A stretch of 64,000 bases of DNA from Octopus sinensis (taxonomy: Eukaryota): contig NC_043015.1 in NCBI RefSeq assembly GCF_006345805.1, positions 39,866,001-39,930,000 on the forward strand, given 5' to 3'. Position numbers and translations under genes: made by a program. Shown here in pieces: positions 1 through 13,214 of the stretch; the first letter of the stretch is position 1, and every line of letters starts with the position of its first letter. The notes under the pieces are model-generated. The model had not been told where the DNA came from and ran no database searches. It saw only the letters and a list, made by a program, of their open reading frames with translations.

Positions 1-178
1 GTATTTCGTCTACTGCTACATTCTGAGTTCAAATTCCGCCGAGGTCAACTTTGCCTTTCATCCTTTCAGGGTCGATTAAATAAGTACCAGTTACGCACTG
101 GGGTCGATGTAATCGACTTAATCTATTTGTTTGTCCTGTCTGTGTTTAGCTCCTTGTGGGTAGTAAAGAGATGGGTAT
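1..178 (+). mobile_element. SINE family A (tRNA-derived, Meta-domain-like core), cut by the window edge
   Basis: Matches the many internal copies (gagttcaaattccgccgaggtc...ggggtcgatgtaatcgact...aaagaaata). Confidence 0.85.
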
Positions 179-309
179 TTGTTCTGGTTATTCATGTCGT
201 GAGTTCAAATCCTGCCAAAGCCAACTTTCCCTGTCATAATATTTGCTGGCCCTCCGGCTTAAATCAGAAACCACCATTTCAGATTGGCAACCTGGCAGTT
301 TAGATTAAT

Positions 310-720
310 GTCATCATCATCATCATTTTCATGTCCGTTTTCCATGCTAGCATGGTGCTGATGTACTTGACTCAATAGGTCTCCTCAAGAACAGCGGGTA
401 ACTCTACGATCCAAGGTTAGCACAGCAGGCCATCCTGCGAGCCATAAACTCACTTCATTTGTCGAGGTCTTCACAGTCACGGCATATCTCAAAGGTCTCG
501 GTCTTCGTCATTTCCTCTGTGAGGCCCTACATGCCACCGGCACGGGTATGACAACTACAATATCCATACAATTTTTATTTTGATGTTGATGAACTTGACA
601 CAATAGGCCTCCTCAAGCGCAGCAGGCCGTCCTTCAAGCCATGAACTCACTTCAGTTGTTGGGTCTTCGAAGTCACAGCATATCTGCAGAGGTCTCGGTC
701 TTTCGTCATAGCCTCTTTAA
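310..720 (-). mobile_element. Two tandem 3' ends of an RTE-clade LINE
   Basis: Decayed ORF end GLTEEMT.DRDL.RYAVTVKT occurs twice, followed by the (atg)n tail shared with family C. Confidence 0.7.
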
Positions 721-1142
721 TGTGTCCATAAAAATGTTGTTCTCTGTTTGTTCTGGCTTTTTTATATATTCTGAGTCCAAATCCTGCTGAGGTCAACTTT
801 GCCTTTCATCCCCACCTGGGGCCCAATGAAATAAGTACTTGTCAAGTACTACAGTCAAGAGTATCAACTTACCCACTCCTGTCAAAATTGCTAACCCTTG
901 TGCGTAACTCAAAACCAATTGTTGTTGTTGTTGTTAGGGTGGTAAGCTGGGCAAAACGCTTAACAGCATTTCATCCATTCCGAGTTCAAATTCACTGGGG
1001 GCGACTTTGCTTTTCATCCTTCTGGGCTCAGTAAAATAAATACCAGTTGACCACTGGGGGTCGACATAATCAGCTTAACCATCTTCCTCAAAACTGCTGG
1101 CCTTGTGCCACAGTTTGAAACCGTTGTTGTTGTTGTTATTAC

Positions 1143-1186
<44 letters not shown>

Positions 1187-1828
1187 TCATCATCATTATT
1201 ATTATTATATAGAGCCCTTGTGGCCAATAAAAGAATTGTTATTATTATTATTACTATTATTGTTGTTGTTGTTTCTCCCTTGTTTCCCAGGCTGCGCATT
1301 GCTACCTTCATATAAGTGCACTTGTTTCAGAATATTTGAGACGGAGGGGTAAGTCACGTTTTATTTTCCTCTTTGTTTATTTTCGGTTGATTTTTGTTTT
1401 TTCTAAGTTTGATTACTTTCATACTCTTTAATAATTAATTAACAACTTTGTACCAAGGCCTGTCTTGTGCCCCCAAAACTGAACCAATAACTTTCTGCAT
1501 ATTTTTAACCAAAATTAATTTTTCTAATGAAAACAATGGCTGCAGTTGTTTGCAAAAGGCATTTCTATAATCTGTTGCCTCTTATTGTTATCAGTACTGC
1601 AATAGATATTGTTATCATCATCATCATCATAGATTCCTAGTTGTAGCCGATTCACACAAATTTGAGAATTTCTGTGTATTTTAGAAACTAATTTAATTAG
1701 TTTAATACTTGTTTATAATTAAAGAAATCTTCTTTTTTTTTTTTTGTATAGAAGCCATTATTGTTATTATTATTATTATTAAGGTAGCGAGCTGGCAGAA
1801 TTGTTAGCAACCTGGACAAAATCCATTT

Positions 1829-1865
<37 letters not shown>

Positions 1866-1897
1866 ATACATACACACACACGCGCACACACATGTTG

Positions 1898-2056
1898 GGC
1901 TTCTTTCAGTTTCCGTTTACCAAATCCACTCATGAGGCTTTGGTCAGCCCGAGGTTATAGTAGAAGGCACTTGCCCAAGGTGCCACGCAGTGGGACTGAA
2001 CCGGGAACCACATGGTTGGGAAGCAAGCTTCTTACCACACAGCCACCCCTGCGCCA
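1898..2056 (-). mobile_element. SINE family B, 5' half
   Basis: Reverse complement of ggcgcaggggtggctgtgtggtaag...ctgaaagaagccc. Confidence 0.85.
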
Positions 2057-2402
2057 ATGTATGTATAGAGAGATTAACAGATTAATGATAATCTTTGATA
2101 AACCAGAAACTCACAATCATCTGACGCTTCTTTTGGAATTCTGATTCCTTCCGTTGCTATTAATGTGTGGCTATAATCTTTTGTTTGAGTGTTAACTAAT
2201 AATTAGTAAATTGGCAATTAATAATGTCTGCAAACTTATTAGTAACATGCAATAACAATTTGGAAATGTTGGTGGAACTTCTTTAACGAACAGAATTCTA
2301 AGATGGACAAAGCAAGATTAGTGTTCTTTTATTTTTTCTTCTAGTTTTTGACTAATTTTGGTTTCACTTGTAGCATGGGTGGGAATGGTATTTGGGGAAT
2401 TC

Positions 2403-2636
2403 AAGGCAGCGAGCTGGCAGAACCGTTAGCACACCGGGTGAAACGCTTAGCGGTATTTCGCCTGCCGCTTCGTTCTGAGTTCAAATTCCGCCGAGGTCGA
2501 CTTTGCCTTTCATACTTTAGGGGTCAATTAAATAAGTACCAGTTACGCACTAGGGGTCGATGTAATCGACTTAATCCGTGTGTCTGTCCTTGTTTGTCCA
2601 ATCTGTGTTTAGCCCCTTTTGGGTAGTAAAGAAATA
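2403..2636 (+). mobile_element. SINE family A, full length with 16-bp TSD
   Basis: B-box-like gagttcaaat; TSD ggtatttggggaattc at 2387-2402 and 2637-2652. Confidence 0.9.
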
Positions 2637-3586
2637 GGTATTTGGGGAATTCTGGCACAGTGACTGCTGAGTTATAGCCATTGACCTGAAAGACAGGAGT
2701 TCAAACCATGCTACTACAGCCAGTGTGACAGATGGAGCTGGTGTTGGGGGGGGGGAGATGGCACTGAGCAAGGGAGGTAACTCTGTGATTCAGTGTCACT
2801 GAAGAAACAGGTCCCATTTCTTTCTTATCCCCACAACAGGAATTGAACTTACCACTGCAAACTAACAAATCAGTTGTTGGTATTACAGCAGTGAGTATGT
2901 ATATATATATTCGTATGTACATGCATAGGTGTGTGAAATAGATGCACATTAACAAAGGCCATACAAATTTTTGTTCATTGAAATGAAATATTTCATCACC
3001 ACCAGCAAGAGAGCTAAACAACTCATCAGGTAGTCGGTGCTATGATTTTTCTGTGAATTAAACAAAGACAGCATACAGGACCTCAACTATATTGCAGAAA
3101 TCTGGAATGGTTACCATCATTTCTTTACAGGCCATCTGGATTTTTCAGCAACTCTTCACCATGTCAACTACTCTCAAACTTAGGATGGTTACTCATTCAA
3201 TCATACTACACATATATATGTATATATATATATATCATTGAGTATGCTACTGTCAGCAATTTGGCAGGAAAAGGTGGTGCTTGGGCTAATATAACTTGTC
3301 GCTACAGACAACCACCAGCATCTGCATACGTTAATATAAACTGTGGCTGTGGTCACCATGGAATATATCAATATTATGGTACTAGTTCTACAGTCTGGAA
3401 ATTTATCACTTGTTCTCTCAACACAGTGCATCCTCAGTGTTTTAAACAAGCATACACAGAAGTGTATCCATGATACTTTATATATATACACACACATATA
3501 CACACATACTTAATATATCAACATTACTTGTAGAATCTACACCCAACTTAGTAAAGCCACAATACAAAGAACAGCCTTAAGTTCAC

Positions 3587-3802
3587 GGCAGAACCGTTAG
3601 CACGCCGGGCGAAATGCGTAGCTCTATTTCATCTGCCGTTACGATCTGAGTTCAAATTCCGCCGAGGTCGACTTTGCCTTTCATCCTTTCGGGGTCGATT
3701 AAATAAGTACCAGTTACACACTGGGATCGATGTAATCGACTTAATCCGTTTGTCTGTCCTTGTTTGTCCCCTCTATGTTTAGCCCCTTGTGGATAATAAA
3801 AA
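3587..3802 (+). mobile_element. SINE family A
   Basis: Near-identical to the 2403 copy. Confidence 0.88.
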
Positions 3803-4455
3803 AACAAATTCTTTATACACACACACACTCTCTATACAATATATCTACATTGTTATATGTTATTATGTTCACAGTCACAACCAAAACTATGACAATCAAA
3901 ACAAACACCTCCACCACCACCACCATTCCCACTATTATAATTAACGCAGTCATTAACTCTAATGATTGTTAATTAAACAATTGTTTGTTCCATTAACGAG
4001 ATTCCATGATTTATTGATGTGCTTTTTGCCTTCCTTTTTGGGCCGACAGGGAAGATGAAGTCGAGTAAGTATGTGACAGCATGTCTCTATTCCATGCATG
4101 AAATAATCATTATACATACATGTATGTATATACGCAGACAACACACATGTCTGTCTGTATATGATGTATATATATATGATGCAATGACACAGTCGTTACG
4201 GCAACACACAACAAGACAACTTTTAACACATTTCTTACGTGTTTTATTTTTTTTTATTGTTTGCCTGGCTTCAGTTTTTTTTTCTGTTTTTTTGTTTATT
4301 CTCTGTTCATCTTGTCATAGTTTTAAGTTTGGATGAGTAGTTTAGTATGTATATTAACTCATTATCCACACATGTGGAGTTCACAGATACCTACATCACC
4401 TTCATCATTTAACATCCATGTTGGCATAGGTCAAACTATATATGTATATATGTAT

Positions 4456-4487
<32 letters not shown>

Positions 4488-4490
4488 CTC

Positions 4491-4522
<32 letters not shown>

Positions 4523-4582
4523 TACAGAGATGTACTTGCATAGCAAGTGACCTGATCTGAGATCGTGTGCTTGAACGAAAAC

Positions 4583-4843
4583 AATTGCAGTGTGGAAGGT
4601 GTTTACAAGCCATTTAAGAAACACACAAAAAATTCACTTCAACATTTAAATTTCATTTACCAAAATATTTTCGTCACTTTGAAACCGTGACCTGTTCACT
4701 GACAAAATCCCAAATTTTGTCTGAACAGGTCGCAGTCTCAAAGTGACGAAAATATTTTGACAAATTAAATTTAAATGTTGAAGTGAATCTAATGGTTTTT
4801 GTGTGTTTCTTAAATGGCTTATAAACACTTCCACGTTGCAATT
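4583..4843. repeat. Foldback inverted repeat (about 115-bp arms), MITE-like
   Basis: aattgca..tggaag...gacctgttca is mirrored by tgaacaggtc...cttccac.ttgcaatt. Confidence 0.85.
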
Positions 4844-5007
4844 ATATATATATATATTATATTATATAATATATATATATATATATATATACGTTTCTGT
4901 ATTTGTTATGCAAGAGACTTGATGTGAAATCGTGTGTTGAAACAGATATCATTATACTTGGAGATGGTCATATTTCTGCCATTTAAACACACACACACAC
5001 ACTATAT

Positions 5008-5243
5008 GTTTGTGGCCCAGTGGTTAGAGCGTCGGACTCGCAATCATGAGGTAGTGAGTTCGATTCCCACATCGGGCTGTGTGTTGTGTTCATGTTTGCT
5101 CCATTTCCCTCAGCTGTAGAAATGAGTTGTGATGTCACTGGTACCAAGCTGCATCGGCACCTTTGCCTTTGCCTTGGATAACATCGATGGTGTGGAGACC
5201 ATGGGGGCTGGTATCCACATGCGACTGCTGGTCTTCCATAAAC
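5008..5243 (+). mobile_element. tRNA-Arg(TCG)-like SINE; a related body copy lies at about 49130-49370
   Basis: A box tggcccagtgg, B box gagttcgattc and anticodon-like ctcgca, with no acceptor-stem closure. Confidence 0.7.
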
Positions 5244-5343
5244 NNNNNNNNNNNNNNNNNNNNNNNNNNNNNNNNNNNNNNNNNNNNNNNNNNNNNNNNN
5301 NNNNNNNNNNNNNNNNNNNNNNNNNNNNNNNNNNNNNNNNNNN
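5244..5343. other. Assembly gap (100 N)
   Basis: Run of exactly 100 N, typical of an unsized scaffold gap. Confidence 0.99.
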
Positions 5344-6761
5344 ATATATATATATATGTGTTTTTGGTAATGGTGTTAGAAAAGAAATACAATCAATCCA
5401 GACATGCCCACCCAGGTATATAATCAGCTTTCACCTTGATGCTGCTCCAGGTATCCATGCGATGACGTCCTATTCTTTCGTGCTGATTTAGGGTCAGTTT
5501 CTCTTCTCACTTGCATTTGATCTGCACATTTGGTTCTGCACATTTTCGTCTTAGCTGCACCCTTAATGATTCTAACTTGCTGGTGTTGTTCGGATTCTCA
5601 ATGAAATTACTTCACTGGACCCCAGAGATGTCAGTTATGTCCAGCTGTGGTGGACACCGGAGACTTGAGTTGTGTCCAGCTGTAAGTCAGGTCCACAAAA
5701 TCAATAGAAACAAATCTTGAATTGTTGTTTGAAAGTGTTTTCTGAGAAACTGTGAAATGGAAATATTTTCTCGTTATGTCTGTCTTGTCTAAGTCTCACT
5801 AATTAACGCAATTATTAATTGAAATGACCGTAGAGTAGTAGCTACTTTACACTGACCACTTTACTAACCTTTTTTCAGTCTCTGCTCAAGCCGTAGAAAC
5901 CTTAGTCTTAAGCCATAAACTAACCTGACCCAGTGGCATGGTCACTGGGTGTTTGTATGAGGTCGGCCGGGGTCCACATTTGTTGTACACCAAATTATAT
6001 TAATTAACTGATTTGATTAATTTCTACCATGTCCTGGAACTCATTGGTAGAGGCATTAGCATGGCAGACTCTGCCACATTGTCCTTTTGGGACTTGACCA
6101 ATATCAAGCTGTCATCAATAACTGATCAAGATCAGGATTATCGTCCATGATTAATCACTATCAGGTCATTGTCAGTAAGTGACCATTATTAAACCAACCG
6201 GTCAACAGAACCTGAGCAATACTGATCCCTGTTGTTACTTGATCAGTTCCTAGTTTGTTGTAAATGGTTGACCAGTGTGTCCTTGGTCTCCCTCAAGTGA
6301 TGACCAGTCACATGTGTATGTATATATGGATATCAATTAATGACTGACAAAACAACAGGAGTTTACATAATCACTTTCATCAGCTTAATGGCTCTGAGGA
6401 AGCTATCGAATGCTGCACAAACAACCAGCTCTTAGTGCACTGTTTTTTTTTTATTAGCAGAAACAGCTGTAAGCCGATGAAGGTGATTATGTAACTTCTG
6501 TTCTTTTGTCATTCATTAATTGATATTACACTCTCTACTCTCCTAATGCTTTATTCTAAAGCATAATGATGTTGAGTTCTAACAACAGTTTATTAGTATC
6601 ACTAAGCAAAACCATAATAATCATAAATGTAACCATATTACTTACCAACATTCACGACTGTTTTATCATGTCTGAGTGGTCTTTGAAACTGATGCAGAAC
6701 TGTTCCTTTTGACCTTCTTACCATGAAATATTCTCACTTGTAATTCTGTGTTTGCCAACAG

Positions 6762-6871
6762 GAACCTACCCACAAGGCTGTGCTGCGTTTCACATGATCT
6801 CCCCCAACATACAGATTGAGGAATCCTCTATAAAAGATGATTCCGGAATGCAGGATGTTCACTACACTGAT
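6762..6871 (+). CDS. DOCK9: DOCK-D exon ([37 protein letters not shown])
   Basis: ccaacag|ga acceptor and gat|gtaagt donor; resembles the DOCK9 GCTAFRVITPNIDEE..MQDVHF segment. Confidence 0.92.
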
Positions 6872-9800
6872 GTAAGTACTTACACACACACACACACACA
6901 CTCGCACTCACACACACGGATGCAAACCAACCATCACAGGTGAAAATCTGTGAAGTCAAAACAGCACTCTTTTTTTTCTTTCTTTTTTTACTCTTTTTAC
7001 TTGTTTCAGTCATTTGACTGCAGCCATGCTGGAGCACCGCCTTTAGTTGAGCAAATCGACCCCGGGACTTATTCTTTTGTAATCCCAGTACTTCTTCTAT
7101 CGGTCTCTTTTGCCGAACTGCTAAGTGACGGGGACGTAAACACCAGCATCGGTTGTCAAGCAATGCTAGGGGGACAAACACAGACACATACACACACACA
7201 TACATACATATATATATATATATACGACGGGCTTCTTTCAGTTTCCGTCTACCAAATCCACTCACAAGGCTTTGGTCGGTGCGAGGCTATAGCAGAAGAC
7301 ACTTGCCCAAGGTGTCACACAGTGGGACTGAACCCGGAACCATGTGGTTGGTAAACAAGCTACTTACCACACAGCCACTCCTGCGCCTGTATATTTTTTA
7401 AAATTATTTTTATTATTTGTATATATTTATTTTATTATAAATGCAAAACCACACCACGGAGGAACTGATGTAAGCTTCAATAATAAACGACAATAAACTG
7501 TGACCACCCCCATTCATTTTTAGGAATTCATACAACTATTAAGTGAGGAGCTACAGTTGCTATTTCTTGACGGACGAGGGACCCCAGTTGAGGCTCTTCT
7601 GTGTTGGGTGTAGAGAGGGTTGAGTGTTTGTTGATGAAGAAATACACATATCATTCCATGTTTTGTGTCTTGTGTTCCTGCAGAGTACGTTGATTGAGAA
7701 CCTGGAACAAGCAGCCCGAATCATAGAACAAGCTGAACGCTATGAAGTTTTAGGGGACATTTACAAACTCATTATTCCAATGTATGAAGTGGCCAGAGAC
7801 TTTGAGGTAAGCTATCATCATCATCGTCATCACCATCATCATCATCATCACCATCATCATCGTCATCATCATCATCACCACCATCATCACAGTCACCATC
7901 ATTATTATCACTACCACCATCATAATCATCATCATTATCATCATATTTATGTACATTATCTCTGACTACACCACCACCACCACCACCACGACTATCAACA
8001 ACATGGCCACCAACAATACCGCCGCTATCACTCAAAAAACGATGATCATCACCACTATCACCATCACCATCACATCAATTCTATCCTATTTTCCCATTCT
8101 CCCCTCTTTAAACGACAACCCCTATTTTAGTCATTTGTTGTGAAATAATTCCCATTTTTTTTTAACCAATTCTTAGATGCCTACACCCCCACCTCAACTC
8201 CCACCTCTCTCCCTCATTACCAATCCCAAGATGTCTCCCTCTCCCCCTCTCTCTCTTTACCAATTCTTAAATGTCCCCCCCTCTCCTCTCACTAATCTCT
8301 TATCCTTTAATTCTTCTTTTACAGAGATTATCTGAGACTTACCGCAAATTATTTGAAGCTTACAATAAAATCGTTGAAGTGATGCACTCTGGCAAACGGC
8401 TCCTTGGAAAATATTATCGTGTAGCATTTTATGGACAGGTAAGAATGATGTTTTTAGACAGGTAAGAATGCAAGCTTTTGGACAGGTAAAAATGGACAGG
8501 TAAGGATGCGATTTTTTGGACAAGTAAGAATGCAAGTTTTTTTAAAGAAATTTTGAGATGCAATTCAGTCTTGTCACCTGCCATCATTGCTGGATTCTTT
8601 CTGAGTGGTGGCACAGTGTGCCAGTGAGGGAATATTGGCTTTTGTTTGATATTTCATATTGTTTTTCCACTTCCAGATCCTTTACTCTAATGACTATAGA
8701 GATGACCAAGTGCAGGGCCCTTACCCCTGGCATGGTTTCTGTCATTCATTGGGGTTTAAATGGTTTTGCAACCCTGTAATGTTTCGGGTCTCAGAAATAC
8801 TTTACACAAGTCAGAGAGCTGGCAGAATCGTTAGCAGGCTGGGCGAAATGCTTAGCGATATTTCGTCTGCCGCTACATTCTGAATTCAAATTCTGCCAAG
8901 GTCAACTTTGCCTTTCATCCTTTCGGGGTCGATAAATTAAGTACCAGTTACGCACTGGGGTCGATGTAATCGACTTAATCCCTTTGTCTGTCCTTGTTTG
9001 TCCCCTCTTTGTTTAGCCCCTTGTGGGCAATAAAGAAATAAGAAACACTTTACACTTTGCACTAGAACTAATTGACATGACTTTTAAACACTAAATTTGT
9101 CTGTGACTGTTTCTGGTTATTTAGTTCCAGTATTCCTCAATCTGTTCTTAGGATGGTTTGTTGTCTTCGACTTGAATGCAATTCCATTCTATGATTCCTC
9201 ATGGAGAAGCTTTGTTGTTTCCACATCAAAATGCACCACTTGCATGCAATGTGTGTATGTACAGTTGTGGAGGAGAGATGAGTTAAGGTGTTGCACAGTT
9301 TTTGATTGACATTGGCTTTAACTGTTGGTTTTCAAACACTGCACTGCAGCACACTGGTGCACTGCGTCAGATATTTAGGTGCAGCTGAAAGGTTCAAGTT
9401 TTTAAATTTAAAAACGGTTCTCCTTTTAATTGCTCATGTATTGTTTCCACCAGAAATGTTTGGCCTCCATTCCACTGCAATGTCAAAAACTTTGAGATTC
9501 TCTGGTTTAAATGCTTGAAATCTTTGAACCCTATTTAAAATGTTTGAGTGAGAATATACGACAATATGTCTGAGGCACATTGATAGTTGTTTGGGTTAAG
9601 ATACAAATACTAGGTTAAACTAATATATCCAAAACAGATGAGTCTCTAGTCATATAATTACATCCTCGTTTAACATCCATTTCATATACTTATTTCTTTA
9701 TTACCCACAAGGGATTAAACACAGAGGGGACAAACAAGGACAGACAAACGGGTTAAGTCAATTACATGGACCCCAGTGCGTAACTGATACTTTATTTATC

Positions 9801-12175
9801 GAGCCTGAAAGAATGAAAGGCAAAGTCAACCTTGGCGGAATTTGAACTCAGAACATAGTGGCAGACGAAATACTGCTACGCATTTCTCCTGGTGTGCTAA
9901 CGTTTCTGCCAGCTTGCCGCCTTTTCATATGCTGGCATGGATTGGATGGTTCAATGAGAACTGACAAGCCAGAGGAACTGTGCTGAGTTCCAATGTCTGC
10001 CCCTTAATATGGTTCCTGCAGCTGGATGCCCTTCCCAATGCCAACCACTTTACAGAATGGACTGGGTGGTGCTTTTTACGTGGCACTGGTACTAGTGAGG
10101 TCACCAAGAAACTTACAAGACAAGATCCCTCATCTGAGATTGGGGTTCAGAATTGATGGAGGTGAAAGAATGATAGAGGGACAGGAACAGGTGTCTCGTT
10201 GAAGAGGAAATACAGGGTTACCCCAGCTGGAAAGTGAGAGGGAGAAATGGCGAGGAATTCTCAGATTATAGGGGTTAGATTGATAGGTAAGGTGTGGAGA
10301 TATTACAATAATATAAACAAGTTTCTTTATAATTGTGGTCACATGACCCTTTGATCATTTTACCTCTTGGCACTGATATGTTTTTGTATTTATTTTGTAC
10401 AAATTTTAGGCTCACTTTGATGAAGAAAACGGCAAAGAATATATTTATAAAGAACCTAAAGTGACCAACCTTTCAGAAATCTGTGACCGATTGTTCAATT
10501 TATATACATACCGCTACGGCAAAGAGAATGTGAAGTTGATTATGGATTCTAAGAAGGTTAGTTCTATAATTCTTCAGTGGTGGTCATGCTTGATGTGTTT
10601 GTTATTGTTGTTCCCACCATTTGTACGAAATCAATCTTTTATAACAGAAACCATCAATGGAATGACAACATCCCTCACTTTCTAATTAATTGCTTACTTT
10701 CTCCCCCCTCTCATTGTTCCATTATATTGTAACCTGCTCTGTCTACCAACCTCTAACTCTCTTTAGTACAATATGGACTGGTCTAACCACAGACCAAACC
10801 TTCTTCAGTGTAATTTGGACCAGTCTAACTTCAGACTTACTTCACATTAGTATAAGGTGAACTTATCCAACTTGTCACTTTTCCCCCATTTCAGTGTTAA
10901 CATGGAACTCTTCTCTGTTTTCAGGTGAATGTTGATGAACTTGACCCTAAATATGCCTTCATCCAGGTCACCTATGTAACCCCTTATTTCACTAAAGAAG
11001 AAAGTAAGGAACGACTCACAGAATTTGAACGCAACAACAACATACAGCGCTTCATGTTTGAAACCCCGTTTACGAAGAACGGACCTGCTCATGGCTCTAT
11101 CACGGAACAGTACAAACTACGGACAATACTGACCAGTAAGTCTCCCTTCTCACAGTTTGGCCCTCAATTTTTGGTCAGTCTAGCACTAACACACCTATGG
11201 CTTGTAAACAGCTGCTACGTTTGAGGGCTACATTACTGCATATTCTCACAAACACTGGCTAAGCGAGCAGGCCAACAGAAGAAAGAGTGAGAGAAAGTTG
11301 TGGCGAAAGAGTACAGCAGGGATCGCCACCACTCCCTGCCAGAGCCTCGTGGAGCTTTAGGTGTTTTCGCTCAATAAACACTCACAACGCCCTGTCTGGG
11401 AATCGAAACCGCAATCCTACGACCGCAAGTCCGCTGCCCTAACCACTGGACCATTGTGCCTTCACATATACACACACACACATGCACATGTGTACGTATA
11501 TGTGCACATGCACACGATATATTACATACTTCTGTCGCCTCTTCCACTGTAGCATTGTCTGCTGAAGCCTGATTTATTGGCGTCGAGAAACAAATGGCTC
11601 TGAAAATTTTTTGCCAATAATATTTCAGGTTTGAGCTAAAGGGAGATAACTGCCGTTGGCATGGTTTTTGATGAGGGATGTATTGAAAACCCAAACCTAG
11701 CGGCAACCATTGACAAATGATGACAAATTAAATGATGAGGTGCACAACCAACAGGTATCAATTAGAATTTACCATTTAGTTGGTGAAATAAAACAGACTT
11801 AGTGGCAATTCTAGCCATTGATCCAGTTGGCTTATTTTAGTTACCTCCCTTGATAATTCCAGTCGTTGATGGTTCTGTAGGGGTTGGCTGTTCTATTGAT
11901 TGCAACTCCCTCCCCCATCAACCTGTCCTCTTTTAGTTGTCCTAATGATACTGGTCAGCAGTGGTCAAGCTGATGTTATTCTCATACCAGGCTCTTGAAA
12001 TATAGGCGCAGGGGTGGCTGTGTGGTAAGTAGCTTGTTTACCAACCACATGGTTCCGGGTTCAGTCCCACCACGGGGCACTTTGGGCAAGTGTCTTCTAC
12101 TATAGCCCCGGGCCAACCAAAGCCTTGTGAGTGGATTTGGTAGACGGAAACTGAAAGAAGCCCGTCGTATATATG

Positions 12176-12206
<31 letters not shown>

Positions 12207-13069
12207 ATATGTGTGTGTGTATGTTTGTGTGTCTGTGTTTGTCCCCCAACATCGCTTGACAACCGATGCTGGTGTGTTTGCATCCCCGTAACTTAGTGGT
12301 TCGGCAAAAGAGATCGATAGAATAAGTACTGGGCTTACTGGGGTCGATTTGTTTGACTAAAACCCTTCAAAGCAGTTTCCAGCATGGCTGCAGTCAAATG
12401 ACTGAAACAAGTAAAAGAGTATAGTATGTATTATGCGATGTATCATGTCTGTCTGTCTGTTTGTCTCTCTCTCCAGCCTCGCACACCTTCCCGTACGTGA
12501 AGAAGAGAATAGAAATCATTGAACACATGGAGCAGGAACTGTCCCCCATCGAAGTAGCCATTGACGAGCTGCACAATAAAGTGATTGACCTTCAGGAAGT
12601 TGTCCGAGCTGTCACCCCTGACGTTAAGAAGCTCCATTTGAACCTACAAGGCTGTGTCAGTACCCAGGTACGGTAAACGTTATACACCCTACTTTCTACA
12701 TACATGGTATTTACGGATTTAACCCTTTAGCATTCAAACTGGCCAAAATATTCTGCTGGTTTTGTGTCCAAACGGACCAGATCAGGCCTCTCATGCATAC
12801 CCTGCAATGTTGTTCTAAGTATAAGCAAATGCATTGTCAAAATCTCGAAGCTATGAGACAAGGCATGGCGTGGCTGTGTGGTAAGAAGCTTGCTTCCCAA
12901 CTTCATGTTTCTGGGTTCATTCCCACAGCATGGTACCTTAGGCAAGAATTTTATTTTTTATAGCCTCAGATCAACCAAAACCTTCTGAGTGGATTTGGTA
13001 GATGGAAACTGAAAGAAGCTCATTGTGTGTGTGTGTGTGTGTGTATGTTGCACCTGAGCACTGTACACA

Positions 13070-13110
<41 letters not shown>

Positions 13111-13154
13111 TAACCCATGCTAGCATGGAAAACGGACGCTAAACGATGATGATG

Positions 13155-13214
<60 letters not shown>

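Noticed and set aside
3261-3473. 70-aa ORF with Cys/Gly/Tyr content
   Set aside because: Non-ATG start, no splice signals, and no recognisable family.
5008-5085. Possible tRNA-Arg gene (also 11375-11460)
   Set aside because: A and B boxes are present, but there is no acceptor-stem pairing and the sequence continues into a SINE body.
6384-6450. LNGSEEAIECC after catcag| as a possible upstream DOCK exon
   Set aside because: Only superficial similarity to NGDLSEAAMC, no donor, and no AEYL motif.
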